From Chiloscyllium plagiosum (lineage: Eukaryota), in the NCBI RefSeq assembly GCF_004010195.1, contig NC_057711.1, positions 69,702,796-69,766,795 on the forward strand: a stretch of 64,000 bases of DNA. Direction: 5' to 3'. The notes beneath the pieces are model-generated. The model was not told the origin of the DNA and searched no databases. It saw only the letters and a program-made list of their open reading frames with translations. A program made the position numbers and the translations under genes. Shown in pieces: positions 51,901-62,237 of the stretch (the first letter of the stretch is position 1; each line of letters begins with the position of its first letter).

Positions 51901-54900
51901 TTTTAAACACAGGTGCTCACTTTGACTTGTAGTTTCTTCCTGTATATTTTGTGCCTCCAATTAGATTTAGATATGGTACTACATTGTATAAATGAGCAAG
52001 AACTCATGTATATGACTATAGTAAGCAATTAATATTCTGCAGTTGAATTCAAATCACTTAACCTAATCTTCAGGCATTCTAAGTGCATAGTCAAGAGCTC
52101 CACAGTGTGGAATGAACTCCTAGTGGAAATGGATGCAGGTACAGATCTAACATTTAAAAGACACTTGGATATACTAAAATGTTTGGATATAGCCAAGCAC
52201 AAGCTAGAGGGACTAGTTTTGTTTAGGATTATGGTGGCTTGGACTGAAGGGTCTGTTTCTGTACTGTATGACTCTTATAATAAGGCCAAATTGGGTTTAG
52301 TTCCAGTATGCCTGGCTAGCTTCTAAATCTGTGACCCAAATAACATGAGGGAGAGTGAAAAAATTGTAATTTGATAACTAGTTGGTAAAAACCATGTCTG
52401 CATTCTGTTTCCAACCATTCTGTTTCCCTGCCCCCTCTTTCAGTTTCCATATACTTTGCATGAGCTCAGTAGTTGCTCTTGACACTTTCTTTTTTTTTAA
52501 CGGGTTGTAGAATTTTATACCACTTTCTCTTTCCTCTTGATTCCTTTCTCTTTTTTTTTAAACTTAGTTTCCCTACCATCCTAGTGTCTTAATGAGGGAG
52601 GCGACTGAAGTGCATATCAAAAGTGAGCCTTTGCATCACATCATGCCAAAAGATGGAGAAGCAGAAGTCTCTGGGTGTAAGAAAGCAAAATGGGAAGTAA
52701 AGGAAGGATGTGGCAAAATGTTTGTTTATATTTCTAATTGTAAAATGCTTCATAAGCTATTTTACTTGGTGCTTTTGGGGTAAAAATATCACTTCACTTG
52801 ACTGTTGCGAATGAAATTTAGAGTTGGCATGGTGGAATCACTTTTTGAAAACCACTTTTAAAATTTGCTTGTATGGAGTCCTGAATAAAGCAAATTACAC
52901 TTGATCTTTGATTTTTCAAAAAAGCTTGTAATGATTGACAATTTTCTTTGACCATTAACTAAACATTACTTGTCAATGGGGCAAGCTCAGCCAAATTGTA
53001 GTTAAAGATAGTTTGATATTTCTAAGCTTTTAGATTTATATATTTTAACAAGTTATTTTATGGTACCTTGTTTTGTTAGAAAAATGTCTTTAGGAGCATC
53101 TACAGTTTGGTTCGTAGCTTGATGGGTGGACTAAGGGACTGGCTGCTTCTAGTTGGATGTTAATTTTATTGTACCTTTCAATATAGTTTAAGTATATTTA
53201 TGGATTCTGGTATTTGAGTAAATGTGAACATAGAATTCAAAACACAAATCAATCTGTCATGATCTTACTGAATATTGGAGCTCACTTGAGTCATGGCCTA
53301 CTCTGCTTTTGTTCATAATAAATGCAGGGCTGCAAAACTGACAGGTGACTGGAATTTAAATATACTTTTTTCATGTCTGCTTGAGGTCAGTGGATTTCAT
53401 TTAGATGGTAGACTTGCATGGTGTAGCAATTGTTGAGATGATACTAAAGTGATACTTTTGTTTCACCTAGCATAGACCTGATGCTGTCCATGATCAGTGT
53501 GCACACTGCAATGCTTTACTGTTTTTAGAAGTCAAAAATAACCTCTGGTTACTACATAGATCATTCATTGTGTCAAGTCCATGTGGCTCTCAATCAAGCT
53601 AGGTTTTGCCAAAACATGCACACATTTTCCTTCAAGTATGTCTTTTGAGAACAGTGAATTTGCCACTATCCTCATTTGTCAAGCAACATTCCACATGACC
53701 TTTTTTTAAGGTCCATTTGTTCCTGTATGCTTAATTTACATTGCCATTTCATTCTTCTGGCTAAAATGTCAGTTGGTATTGAAATGTATTGCAAATGTCA
53801 GCCTGTTCCACTAGCCTTTGTGTATCAAAGTTTGTCCCTTTATTTTCCTCTTGAGTTAGATTTAAGAAATGTAATAGCCCCTTGACACTCAGCAAGTCAG
53901 TTACTTAATTTTACAGGTGAAAATGAGTACTGTAGATGCTGGGGATTAGTCAGGACTGTGGTGCTAGAAAAGCACAGCAAGTCAGGCAGCATCAGTGGAG
54001 CAGGAAAATCGATCCTTGATAATAGGCTTTTGCCCGAAACACCGAAATTTTTTTTTTCCTGCTCAGGGGCTGCCTGACCTGTGCTTTCCAGCAACACACT
54101 CTCTTGACACTTGATATTTATGACAACCTATGATGTCTGAACAGACCAAGAGAAAGTGTGCTCCCAGCAGTCCAGGAATGGGGTGCCATTTAGTTCACTT
54201 GGTTTGCAACGCAGTATGATGCCAATGGTATGGGTTCAACTCCAATCACTGGTTCAGGTTACATGAAGGACTACTTTCTCAACCTTTCCCCTTGTCTGAG
54301 GAATGGCTACCCTTGGGTTAAATCACCGCCAAGCAGCTCTATAGTCTAAAGATTATGGTGACTCTCAAGATAGTAACACTGTTCTATCCTACAGTTGATT
54401 TAGCATCTTGAGCTATTCTTTTTGTTGTCCCACCTTTAATCATTTTCAATTTTGGCAAACCTGTTTTATGTGGCACTGTATCAAACAGCTTTGGAAATTT
54501 GTGTCAGTCAATTGCCTCAAGATGTGGATTTTAACAAACACTGTTTTTCCTCCATTCTCTTGCTTTCAAATGTTAATTTGAAGACCTTCCTACAACTAGT
54601 CTACAGTTTCTAGATTTAATGCCTTGTTTTTAAATGAAGTTTCATATTTGATTCTAGAGTTATCTAGTCAGATGAATTGGAAGACTTGCTAATCTTTGCA
54701 TTTTCTACCCTTGTTGATGAGATACGTACATACAAACTACTTTAGCCCCTCTGATCCCTAGTGTGTACCCCTTTTACTTCCCTAGCTTGCTCTCTTTCCC
54801 TCTTTCTTTTTCTCCAGTGTGTTCCCTGCCCACAATGTTGCTGTTGGTCTGGAGGTATATATCCATACTTTTATCTTCATTTTGTAAGATGCTGTTACAG

Positions 54901-57900
54901 GTTAAGCTAGCATTCATTGGCTGTCCCAAGAAGATGGTGAGGTGCTATTTGAGCCATTACAGTTCTGGGGGTGAAGCAACAATGCTGTTAGGGAGGTATA
55001 TCCAGGACCCAGTGAACAAAGGAACAGGTGATGTAGTTCGAGACCTATAGATGCTCCATGCATCTGCTGCTCTCATCTTTCCACACAGTAGAGATTGCAA
55101 GTTGAAAGGTGCTGATGAAGGAGCCTAGGTGAGTAGTTGCAGTACATCATGTAGGTTTTGATGTATTGGCGGGTTCCATTTGAAGCAAGCTTTTTTGTCT
55201 TTCGTTTTATATGATCAAGACTGCACACGTCCAAAAAAAGTAGATTGCATTCCTCATATTTCTTCTCTCTCTTCTATATGATTAGACAGGCTTTGAGAAG
55301 TCTAATGTTACTCGCCCAGATTATTCCCAGGCTCTGAGATGGTTTGCAGCTTTAGCATTTGTCTGGTCCAGTTCAGTTTCTGAATACTGGTAATCCCCCT
55401 GGGGTGTTAGTGGGGGATTCTGTGGTAACAATGTAATTGATTGTCAGCCCAAGTTTGAATATTGTCCAGTTATTGCTACATTTGGACACCAAATAGTTTC
55501 TGTATCTGAGGAGTGGCAACCTGGTGCTGAACATTTGTAACCATCAGCAAACATCTCTACTTCTCCCTTTTTTTTTAAATTTAAGGGACAGTAATTGAAG
55601 CAGCAAAAAAACAGTTGGCCTTATGACACTACCCTGAGGAACTCCTGTGGTGACCTCCAGCTAAACCGATGGATTCCAACCAGTAGAGTGGGAATTGTTG
55701 TTCTAATGGCTTGAGTTTTTCTCGGGTTGCTTGATGATGCACTTTGCTAAACACTGTCTTCATATCAAGTGTAGTCACCCTCCCTGCTGGAATTCGGCTC
55801 TTGGTTTGCATTTGGACCAAGGCTATAATGAGGGCAGGAAATAAGCAGGATTTGGCAGAACCTAATGCTGAATATCAGTTCACTTATTGCTGAGTATGTG
55901 CTGCTTAATAGCACAATCTGAGATCTTGTCACTTTGTTCATTGAGGTAGACCAGGGTATTAATTGGCTTGTATGGATTTCTGCTGTTTGTGGACTGTAAC
56001 TAACTGGGCAACTGTCTCCAGTGTTGTGTACTGAAGCACATTGGTTGAAGGTCTGGAGTAAAAGTCTTCAACAGTGCTATTGTGAAATTGCAAAAAAGCA
56101 ATGACCCTGAGGCACTATCCAGTGCCATCACCTTTCCCTATCACATGGAGTAGATTCATGGACAGATTAATTATCTCCAGGACATTAGTGAACCAGATGG
56201 ATTGTTATGACAAGAGCTTAATGCTCTAATTTACTGTCATCAGCATTCAACTCAAGTGGTTTGAATTCCTCCATCTGCTGTGGGATTTGGACACATGATT
56301 CCCAGTGTATTATTTGAGCTTTTGAATTTCATTGGTCTGTAACATTATCAATATAACACCAACTCCTCAGTCTTTTAGGGTCACGTGAATAAACATTTTT
56401 GGATGCCCTTTTGTTAACTGCTGCTTCATTCTTCAACTCTTGCCTTCTGTAATACTATATCCACTTAGTTATTTTGATTTCAACGAAAGGGATGGAATGG
56501 TGGCTCACTGCTGCCCCTCAGCATGGGGGACCTGGGATTGATTCTGTCCTCTGGCTGTGGAATTTGCACATTTTCCCTGTTTGTGGGCTTGCTCTAGTTT
56601 CCTCAGTCCAGACATGTGCAGGTTAGATGGAGTGGCCATGCTAAATTGTCCATTGTTCACAGGGATGTGCAGGCTATGTGGATTAGCCCTGGAAATGCTG
56701 CTAAAATTTAGGGTAGGTGGTGGTTCTGGATGGGATGTTCTTCACTGGGTTGGTGTGAACTGAATGGCCTGCTTCAACAGCAAAGGGATTTGATGAAAAT
56801 TTGTGAACTGTTGTACAGGAAGCACCGATATCAATAGTCACTTGGATGATCTAGTGTGTTCTAAGTTGACTGGTCAAAGTTTGTAGCCAGCACCTGATCC
56901 TATTACCTCCCGGGTTTTTCTTCTTTCATTTTCCCTTTTTATTTCTAATTTTGTCAGTTTTTTTTTGGAATTCCTTTTATCTAATCAATGTTCCACCTAT
57001 AAATTGAGTAGAAGTTAGTTTTGCAACTAGATTTCATGTGGTATAGTTAATTTGGTTTTTGAAAGACTTGTTCATCTTTCAAAGTAATAGCTGTCCTACG
57101 GCTAGTGTACTGTCAACTTTTTTGTTTCTAACTCTATTTTGGTAATTAAGAAATCTGTCTGGTTTGTTCTGTTTGCACAAATTTGTAACTTTAGTCTCCT
57201 TTTAAGAATTCAACTAAATTTAAGGGTTCCTATAATTTAGTACTCATGTAAAATTTCAAGTTTTGTTAATTGGCTGTTTAGCACTAAAAGTCACTGTTTG
57301 GAGAATTACATTTTTGCCCAAGACTTTGCCATGAGTTACTGAAACATTCTAAATGTGTGTAACTGATTTCGTTCTTCAGTGGGAGGCAAGAGTGCAACAA
57401 GGAGAGAGGGACTTTGAACAGATCTCAAAAACCATTCGCAAGGAAGTTGGTAGATTTGAGGTATGTGAAATGGTCCAGCATACTTAGTAAATTTACTACT
57501 ATCTGAAATATCCTTAAGCCATTCTTTTGATTTGCCACCTTTTTTCTTTGCAGAAAGAAAGAGTAAAGGACTTCAAAACTGTTATAATTAAGTACCTTGA
57601 ATCTTTAGTGCAAACTCAGCAACAGGTATGGTTTTTAAACATTTTATTATTTTGAGGCTGACCAGTCATGTTGCAATTATGGAATTGACTGTTTTTGCTA
57701 AAAGGAAAATGTTAGCTTTTACTGTAACACTCCCTGAATGCCAATGCCCTTGAGCTTCTGTTCAAGGTTAGAAAGTACTGACCTATGAAATCATCTAGAT
57801 TGTCACACTAAACATGACTTGAGTGAAAATAAAGTTTTTTTTTGGTGGCATGCTATACTCATGGGAGGTCAGGATAGTTGACCTAATTCTAGGGTAATGT

Positions 57901-58485
57901 ATACAGAATGCCAGGTAATGGTTTTGAACTTAGTTTTATAAAGCTACTTTATTTTCTTGATTCATTCTCTGCTCAACTTGAAGACTTGAACATTATCAAG
58001 CATAATTGTGATATAACCCCATCAGTGACAGTAACGTGAATGGAATCTTGGGAAACCAGGACATAATTTTTTCCTTAGTGTTTCATAACCTCTTCTCCTA
58101 GTTTTTTACTCTTGTCAATGAAAATAGCTTCAATGACCAAATCTCTGATGCAACTTTATTTAATTTGCAAGAAAGCTGTATCTGAACAGAATATAGCACA
58201 TTGTGAGCAATGCACTATCAAATCTTTACCACTTTTCCCAAAGAGTCATTTAAATTTTGGGCATGTGAATTGACAGTCAAGTTTCCGATTCCAATTTTCT
58301 TTGTTTCTTTTTAAAAAAAAAAACCTTATAGCAGTGATCGCTTGACTTAGCTGCTTTGTGATCTTTTTAAAAATTCTTTGTTTTCTTCCAATTATGTTTT
58401 ATCATAAGAATAATCTCTTGGAATTATTTTTCAGTTAATAAAATACTGGGAGGCTTTTCTGCCTGAAGCAAAAGCAATAGCATGA
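6668..58485 (+). CDS. SNX2: Sorting nexin-2, whole spliced gene (15 coding exons, 1566 nt, 521 aa); span includes introns
   Basis: Manual splicing gives one open frame from [10 protein letters not shown] to [13 protein letters not shown]. It is colinear with human SNX2 as I recall it, with PX motifs ([18 protein letters not shown]) and a BAR domain. All 14 introns are GT-AG with matching phases. Confidence 0.97.
8761..8789. repeat. (TTTA)n microsatellite
   Basis: Direct reading. Confidence 0.9.
8816..9015. mobile_element. Fold-back family A Penelope terminal-repeat insertion
   Basis: Near-perfect inverted arms of about 80 bp meeting near 8900; 14-bp TSD cagtgcaatcttaa at 8802-8815 and 9016-9029. 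Confidence 0.88.
9172..9760 (-). mobile_element. 5'-truncated Penelope-like element (GIY-YIG fragment and 3' terminal repeat)
   Basis: [31 protein letters not shown] in ORF 9464-9961; terminal repeat at about 9172-9300. Confidence 0.85.
9768..9984. mobile_element. Penelope terminal repeat with two tandem hammerhead cores (-) and one inverted decayed core (+)
   Basis: Cores at 9787-9814 and 9831-9858 (-), 44-nt period; + copy at about 9858-9884; ends cagcatctgcagacctcactttctcc. Confidence 0.8.
11027..11141 (+). CDS. SNX2: SNX2 exon 2 (115 nt)
   Basis: ttccag| [39 protein letters not shown]|gtgagg. Confidence 0.95.
11230..11602 (-). mobile_element. CR1-type LINE 3' fragment
   Basis: Reverse complement of the family at 2872-3296 (tacagcatggaaacag...ccacttcctctggcagctc). 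Confidence 0.85.
12495..13697 (+). mobile_element. Degenerate CR1 LINE, RT to 3' end
   Basis: Translates [20 protein letters not shown] near 12540; tttgcagac (FAD motif) near 12907; ttctacattcta tail. Confidence 0.8.
14792..14946 (+). CDS. SNX2: SNX2 exon 3 (155 nt)
   Basis: tttcag| (E)[51 protein letters not shown]; |gtatga. Confidence 0.95.
15180..15492 (+). mobile_element. tRNA-derived SINE with L2-like tail (central domain resembles MetaSINE-type elements, from recall)
   Basis: B-box-like gattcaaattc; core cccatctgttcactagtg...tccttacctggtctgacctac...gtggttgactcttaactg; tail gggcaataaatg. Related minus-strand remnants at about 38380-38600 and 56150-56370. Confidence 0.6.
17176..17242 (+). 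CDS. SNX2: SNX2 exon 4 (67 nt)
   Basis: ttccag| [23 protein letters not shown]|gtgagt. Confidence 0.95.
17705..17748 (+). CDS. SNX2: SNX2 exon 5 (44 nt)
   Basis: acttag| (G)[14 protein letters not shown]; |gtaatg. Confidence 0.95.
18496..18637 (+). CDS. SNX2: SNX2 exon 6 (142 nt, PX domain core)
   Basis: atgcag| [48 protein letters not shown]|gtaagg. Confidence 0.96.
18780..20470 (-). mobile_element. Old, heavily deleted CR1 LINE remnant
   Basis: The 3' end (tacaggaacagtcccttcag) matches the copy at about 800-1030; the interior is colinear with other CR1 copies. Confidence 0.6.
20679..20757 (+). CDS. SNX2: SNX2 exon 7 (79 nt)
   Basis: ctaaag| (G)[25 protein letters not shown](R); AG|gtaact. 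Confidence 0.95.
21720..21901. mobile_element. Fold-back family A Penelope terminal repeat, decayed
   Basis: gaaagtgaggactg...gctggaaaagcacagcagg and its inverse; decayed core ctgattaagggcttttgcctgaaatgtt. Confidence 0.8.
22275..23410 (-). mobile_element. CR1 LINE 3' 1.1-kb fragment
   Basis: Same family as 2872 and 11230; extends into the RT region. Confidence 0.85.
25655..26775 (-). mobile_element. CR1 LINE 3' 1.1-kb fragment
   Basis: Colinear with 22275-23410. Confidence 0.85.
26810..28000 (-). mobile_element. Degenerate L2/CR1-clade LINE fragment
   Basis: ctgaggaactcctgcagag is the reverse complement of the GVPQ motif at about 3815; colinear with about 54900-56150. Confidence 0.55.
28428..28535 (-). 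mobile_element. Partial family A Penelope terminal repeat
   Basis: ggtgaaagtgaggactgcagatactgg...gctggaaaagcacagcaggtcaggcagcatc. Confidence 0.8.
28626..31122 (-). mobile_element. Penelope-like retroelement (Neptune-like), 5'-truncated, frameshifted RT + GIY-YIG
   Basis: [57 protein letters not shown]; Cys linker [40 protein letters not shown]; 12-bp TSD gtatagatgttc at 28614-28625 and 31123-31134. Confidence 0.92.
32227..32302 (+). CDS. SNX2: SNX2 exon 8 (76 nt)
   Basis: attcag| (R)[25 protein letters not shown]; |gtatgc. Confidence 0.95.
35369..35482 (+). CDS. SNX2: SNX2 exon 9 (114 nt)
   Basis: ttctag| [38 protein letters not shown]; |gtaaga. Confidence 0.96.
35728..35821 (+). CDS. SNX2: SNX2 exon 10 (94 nt)
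   Basis: tggcag| [32 protein letters not shown]|gtttgt. Confidence 0.95.
36847..37009 (+). mobile_element. Family A Penelope terminal repeat with short 5' inversion and hammerhead core
   Basis: Core CTGAAGA-A-GAGC-TCCT-GCCC-GAAAC-GTC at 36886-36913; 17-bp TSD tagttt(t/c)taaaaactgc at 36830-36846 and 37010-37026. Confidence 0.88.
38696..38901 (+). CDS. SNX2: SNX2 exon 11 (206 nt, BAR domain)
   Basis: gtttag| (E)[68 protein letters not shown]; |gtaaac. Confidence 0.96.
40435..40915 (+). mobile_element. L2/CR1-clade LINE 3' fragment
   Basis: Colinear with 4130-4770 (tgcactgcagaaattca, gcagttcaagaaggca). Confidence 0.7.
41860..42003 (+). CDS. SNX2: SNX2 exon 12 (144 nt)
   Basis: ttgcag| [48 protein letters not shown]; |gtgagt. 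Confidence 0.96.
43247..43291. other. Assembly gap (45 N) followed by poly-C
   Basis: N run. Confidence 1.
46068..46079 (+). CDS. SNX2: Candidate alternative 12-nt microexon of SNX2 (EIEE), between exons 12 and 13
   Basis: Long poly-T tract, then ttcttgcttcacaag|GAAATTGAGGAG|gtagga. Phase 0 on both sides, as in the host intron; no stop codon; TGC at -11 to -9. Confidence 0.7.
47305..47592 (+). mobile_element. Degenerate DeuSINE-like element; its head may lie at about 46640-46750, separated by a CR1 remnant at about 46760-47290
   Basis: tctttcggatgaagtgttgaacc...cactatttt...atttatccttcaa resembles the recalled Deu domain; tail atataaatgcaagtcttt. Confidence 0.5.
50478..50560 (+). mobile_element. 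Decayed family A Penelope terminal fragment
   Basis: gggcttatgctcaaaacatcgattctcctgctcctcagatgctg. Confidence 0.75.
51518..51558. mobile_element. 41-bp minimal fold-back Penelope insertion
   Basis: gtgaggactgcag-cat-ctgcagtcctcac (13-bp arms) plus tttctcc; 12-bp TSD atagatagttgt at 51506-51517 and 51559-51570. Confidence 0.85.
53915..54105. mobile_element. Fold-back family A Penelope terminal repeat, decayed
   Basis: Inverted arms; residual ggcttttgcccgaaac. Confidence 0.8.
56488..56792 (+). mobile_element. Degenerate HE1/V-type SINE
   Basis: Colinear with 62238-62417 (ggtggctca, tgtggaatttgcacatt, gatgtgcagg); a similar remnant lies at about 33545-33730. Confidence 0.7.
57380..57460 (+). 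CDS. SNX2: SNX2 exon 13 (81 nt)
   Basis: cttcag| [27 protein letters not shown]; |gtatgt. Confidence 0.96.
57554..57625 (+). CDS. SNX2: SNX2 exon 14 (72 nt)
   Basis: ttgcag| [24 protein letters not shown]; |gtatgg; the preceding intron is only 93 nt. Confidence 0.96.
58435..58485 (+). CDS. SNX2: SNX2 exon 15 (coding part, with stop)
   Basis: tttcag| [19 protein letters not shown]. Confidence 0.96.
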   Translation, partial: LIKYWEAFLPEAKAIA

Positions 58486-58905
58486 AATCCTGATGTGAAG
58501 AAATGTGGCCTGTCTCTTGTTTACAACTGGTTCCATACTAAGCACTGACTACAGAATTCCAATTTAATAACCACTATTTTAAAGTTGTAATACTGCATTA
58601 CAGAAGTGGTTTAATAGATTATTTAATTCTGTTGCATTGTTAACCAGCTGCATGGCCTGATTCAGTCATAATGAACTGAACTGTGGAATGATATTCTGCA
58701 GTAGTTGCTGAATTGAACACTACTGTACATCTTAAAGAATTTGCAGAGAAATACATTGCCAGTGCTGGAACTCTGACTTTGCTGTGAATGATACTTGTGT
58801 TTCATTCTTGAAGATCTATTGCAGAATTTTCATAATTGTAAATTGTGAAAGCATAAATCAGCATTCCTGTATAGAAATCATGAATTTTGTGATCTTTGTT
58901 ACTAC

Positions 58906-58911
58906 AATAAA
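58906..58911 (+). terminator. Likely SNX2 polyadenylation signal (3' UTR about 440 nt)
   Basis: AATAAA about 420 nt after the stop, followed by a GT-rich tract (ttggtgtgttt, about 58940). Confidence 0.65.
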
Positions 58912-59631
58912 GGAATATACTTAATGCACTAGAATGCTATTGGTGTGTTTAATACCTAGGACCTTAACATGGTACATATTTGGTCATGGGATGTTACCCA
59001 TCCCCTAATTCACCTTGAAGGTGATTGAGAGATTCTCCAACTATCACAGTCCATGTGTACATAACATCCACAATAGGATAGGGAGTTTGAGTCATTGAGC
59101 TAGCAACAATGAATAAAATGATCTATCCTAATTTGGAACTATATCTCTGGAGAGAACTTTGCAAGAGATGGTGCTGTGCACCAGCTGTCCTTTGTTGTTC
59201 TTGGAGATTGTGTAGTCTGGAGGAATCATACTGATTTGCTTCAGTTCCATTTTCAGTGTTTAGTGCCACTGTTAATGGTGGAACAAATCCATCTTTATAG
59301 TGTTTGAAACACTCTATTCAACCAAATCAGTGTGGAATATTATCATACCTGTAGTTGTGTGGACAGGCTTTGAGCTGAAAACCCAGTCTCTAACCTATAC
59401 TAGCTGCAGCATTTGTGATTGGTCCAGTTGGGCTTCCCATCAACTACCCCCATGGGGAGCATAAGTGAGAAAATTAATAATGTTGAAAACTAAGTGGAGG
59501 TAGTTGGACTTTAGTGATCTGTACTACTTAAAATATTTCTGGCCACTTGACAGCCCAAGCCTGAATGTCATCCAGGTTTCAATGCTGCAAGCATAGTCTG
59601 CCAATCCTAAATGAAACCGTTATAAACACTT

Positions 59632-60072
59632 CATAAGACATAGGAGTGGAAGTAAGGTCATTCGGCCCATCGAGTCCACTCCGCCATTCAATCATGGCTG
59701 ATGCACATTTCAGCTCCACTTACCAGCGTTCTCCCCGTAGTCCTTAATTCCTCTAGACAACAAGAATCTATCAATCTCGGCCTTGAAGACATTTAGCGTC
59801 CCGGCTTCCACTGCACTCCGTGGCAATGAATTCCACAGGCCCACCACTCTCTGGCTGAAGAAATGTCTCCGCATTTCTGTTCTGAAATGACCCCCTCTAA
59901 TTCTAAGGCTGTGTCCACGGGTCCTAGTCTCCTCGTTTAACGGAAACAATTTCCTAGCATCCACCTTTTCCAAGCCATGTATTATTTTGTACGTCTCTAT
60001 TAAGTCTCCCCTTAATCTTCTAAACTCAAACGAATACAATCCCAGTATCCTCAGCCGTTCCTCATATGTTAA
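59632..60072 (-). mobile_element. Young CR1 LINE 3' end (intact ORF2 C-terminus and 3' UTR)
   Basis: Uninterrupted YEERLRILGLYSFEFRRLRGDLIETYK...[14 protein letters not shown]...GKWS*; CpGs retained; tail cctatgtcttatg. Confidence 0.9.
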
Positions 60073-60138
60073 AGAATCGAACACTGGTCCCTGGCGCTGT
60101 GAGGCAGTGGTGCTAACCACTGAGCCACCATGCCGCCC
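60073..60138 (-). mobile_element. tRNA-like SINE head (A and B boxes only)
   Basis: Minus strand: gggcggcatggTGGCTCAGTGGttagcaccactgcctcacagcgccagggaccagtGTTCGATTC. Confidence 0.85.
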
Positions 60139-60139
60139 C

Positions 60140-62075
60140 ATTCATGATCTTCCTGATTTTCTAAACGTTTAAGATCACCCCTCAGCTTCTGATACTTAAG
60201 GAGAAAATAGCCGCAGACTGTTCGGCCTCCCCCTATAGCTCAAACCATCCAACCCTGGCAACATCCTTATAAATTTTTTCTGAACCCTTTCAAGTTTCAC
60301 AACGTCCTTCCTATAGCAGGGCAACCGGAATTGCATGCAGAATTCCAAAAGTGGCCTAGCCAATGTCCTGTCCAGCTGCAACATGACCTCCCACCTCCCA
60401 CTGACTAATAAAGGAAAGTATGTCAAACCCCACCTTCACAAGATGTCTACCTGCAACTTCACTTTCAAGGAGCTATGAACCTGCATGCCAAGGTTTTTGT
60501 TCAGTGACATTCCCCAGGATCTTACCATTAAGTATATAAGTCTTGCCCTGATTTTCCTATCCAAAATACAGCACCTCACATTTATCTAAATTATTCTCCA
60601 TCTGCCACTCCTCAGCCCATCTGATCACAATCCAGTTGTACTCTGAGGTAGCCTTCTTTACTGTCCACTACACCACCTATTCTAGTGTCATCTGCAAACT
60701 TACTAACCATACCTCCATGTTCACATCCAAATCATGTATATAAATAATGAAAAGCAGTGGATCCTTGTGGCACACCACTAGTCACAGGCCTCTAGTCTGA
60801 AAAGCAACCATCCACCATCATCCTCTGTCTTCTGCCTTTGAACCAGTTCTGGATGCAAATGGCTTATTATCCCTGTATTCCATGCGATCTAACTTTGCTA
60901 ACCAGCCTCCCATGAGGAACCTTGTTGAATGCCTTACTGAAGTCCTGTTTGTTGACTACCCCCAATCAGTCCTTGTGTTTCTAAATACATGTAATTTCTG
61001 TCCTTCAGGATTCCCTCCAACACCTTGCCCACCACCAATGTCAAGCTCACTGGTCTATAGTTCCCTGACTTTTCCTTATCATCCTTTTTAAATAGTGGCA
61101 CCACGATGCAAATATCTTGGCAAGAGCCCTTCTATGGTACACCTGATCAGGTCTTCACCATCCAGCACCACCATTTCTGTAATATGGACATGTTTCATGA
61201 TATTACTATTTATTTTCCGACATTCTATATCTTCCATGTCCTTCTCCATAGTAAACACTGATACAAAATACTTATTTATATCTCTCCCATTTCCTGCAGT
61301 TCCACACATCGGTGGCCTTGCTGATCTTTAAGGAGACCTATCCTCTCCCTAGTTATCTTTTTGTCCTTAATGTATTTGTAGAATCCCGTTGGATTCTCCT
61401 TAACCCTATTTCCAAAGTTATCTCATGTCCTGTTTTTGCCCTCCTGATTTCCCTCTTAAGTATACTCCTACTGTCTTTATACTCTTCTAAGGATTCACTC
61501 AATCTCTGCTGTCTATACCTGACATATGCTCCGTTCTCCAGTCATCCAGCATTCTCTACAACTATCAGACGTGCCTTTCACCCTAACAGGTACATACTGT
61601 CTCTGGATTCTCGTTATCTCATTTCTGAAGGCTTCCCATTTTCCAGCCGTCCCTTTACCTGCGAACATCTGGCCCCAATCAGCTTTTGAAAGTTTTTGCC
61701 TAATTCTGTCAAAATTGGCCTTCTTCCAATTTAGAACTTTAACCTTTAGATCCAAGTCTATTTTTGTCCATCACTATTTTAAAACTAATAGAATTATGAT
61801 CACTGACCCAAGTGACACCTTAGTCACCTGCCCTGCCTTATTTCCCAAGAGCAGGTCAAGCTTTGCACCTTCTCCAGTAGGTACATCCACATACTGAATC
61901 AGAAAGTTTTCTTGTAAACACTTAACAAATTCCTCTCCATCTAACCCCTTAACACTATGGCAGTCCCAGTCTATGTTTGGACAGTTAAAATCCCCTACCA
62001 TAACCACCCTATTATTCTTGCAGATAACTGAGATCTCCTTACAAATTAGTTTCTCAATTTCGCACTGACTCTTGG
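60140..62075 (-). mobile_element. CR1 LINE remnant with endonuclease and RT fragments and internal deletions
   Basis: VMVGDFNCPNIDW, LDLLLGN, LNWKKANFD, KLERVQKKFIRMLPGL. Confidence 0.88.
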
Positions 62076-62237
62076 GTGGGTGGGTGGGGGGGTTGGGGGC
62101 GGGACGGGTCTATAGTGGAGGCAGCTAGCTAAAATTCTTTGCTCAAGCAGTTTGGAATTTTGTCTGAAGCAGCGCTCTGACTCAGGAAAGCAATAATAAA
62201 TGATAAAATGATGGACCTCTAACACACTCTAACACGT

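Noticed and set aside
6668..58485. Assignment as SNX1
   Set aside because: The N-terminus MAAEREPPP and motifs such as [12 protein letters not shown] and [20 protein letters not shown] match SNX2 as I recall it, not SNX1.
59112..59117. Second AATAAA as the main poly(A) site
   Set aside because: Lies in what looks like a degenerate antisense LINE remnant and lacks a clear GU-rich downstream element; possible but unsupported.
59710..60141. 143-aa ORF as a host gene
   Set aside because: It is a SINE head read in frame into the CR1 ORF2 C-terminus.
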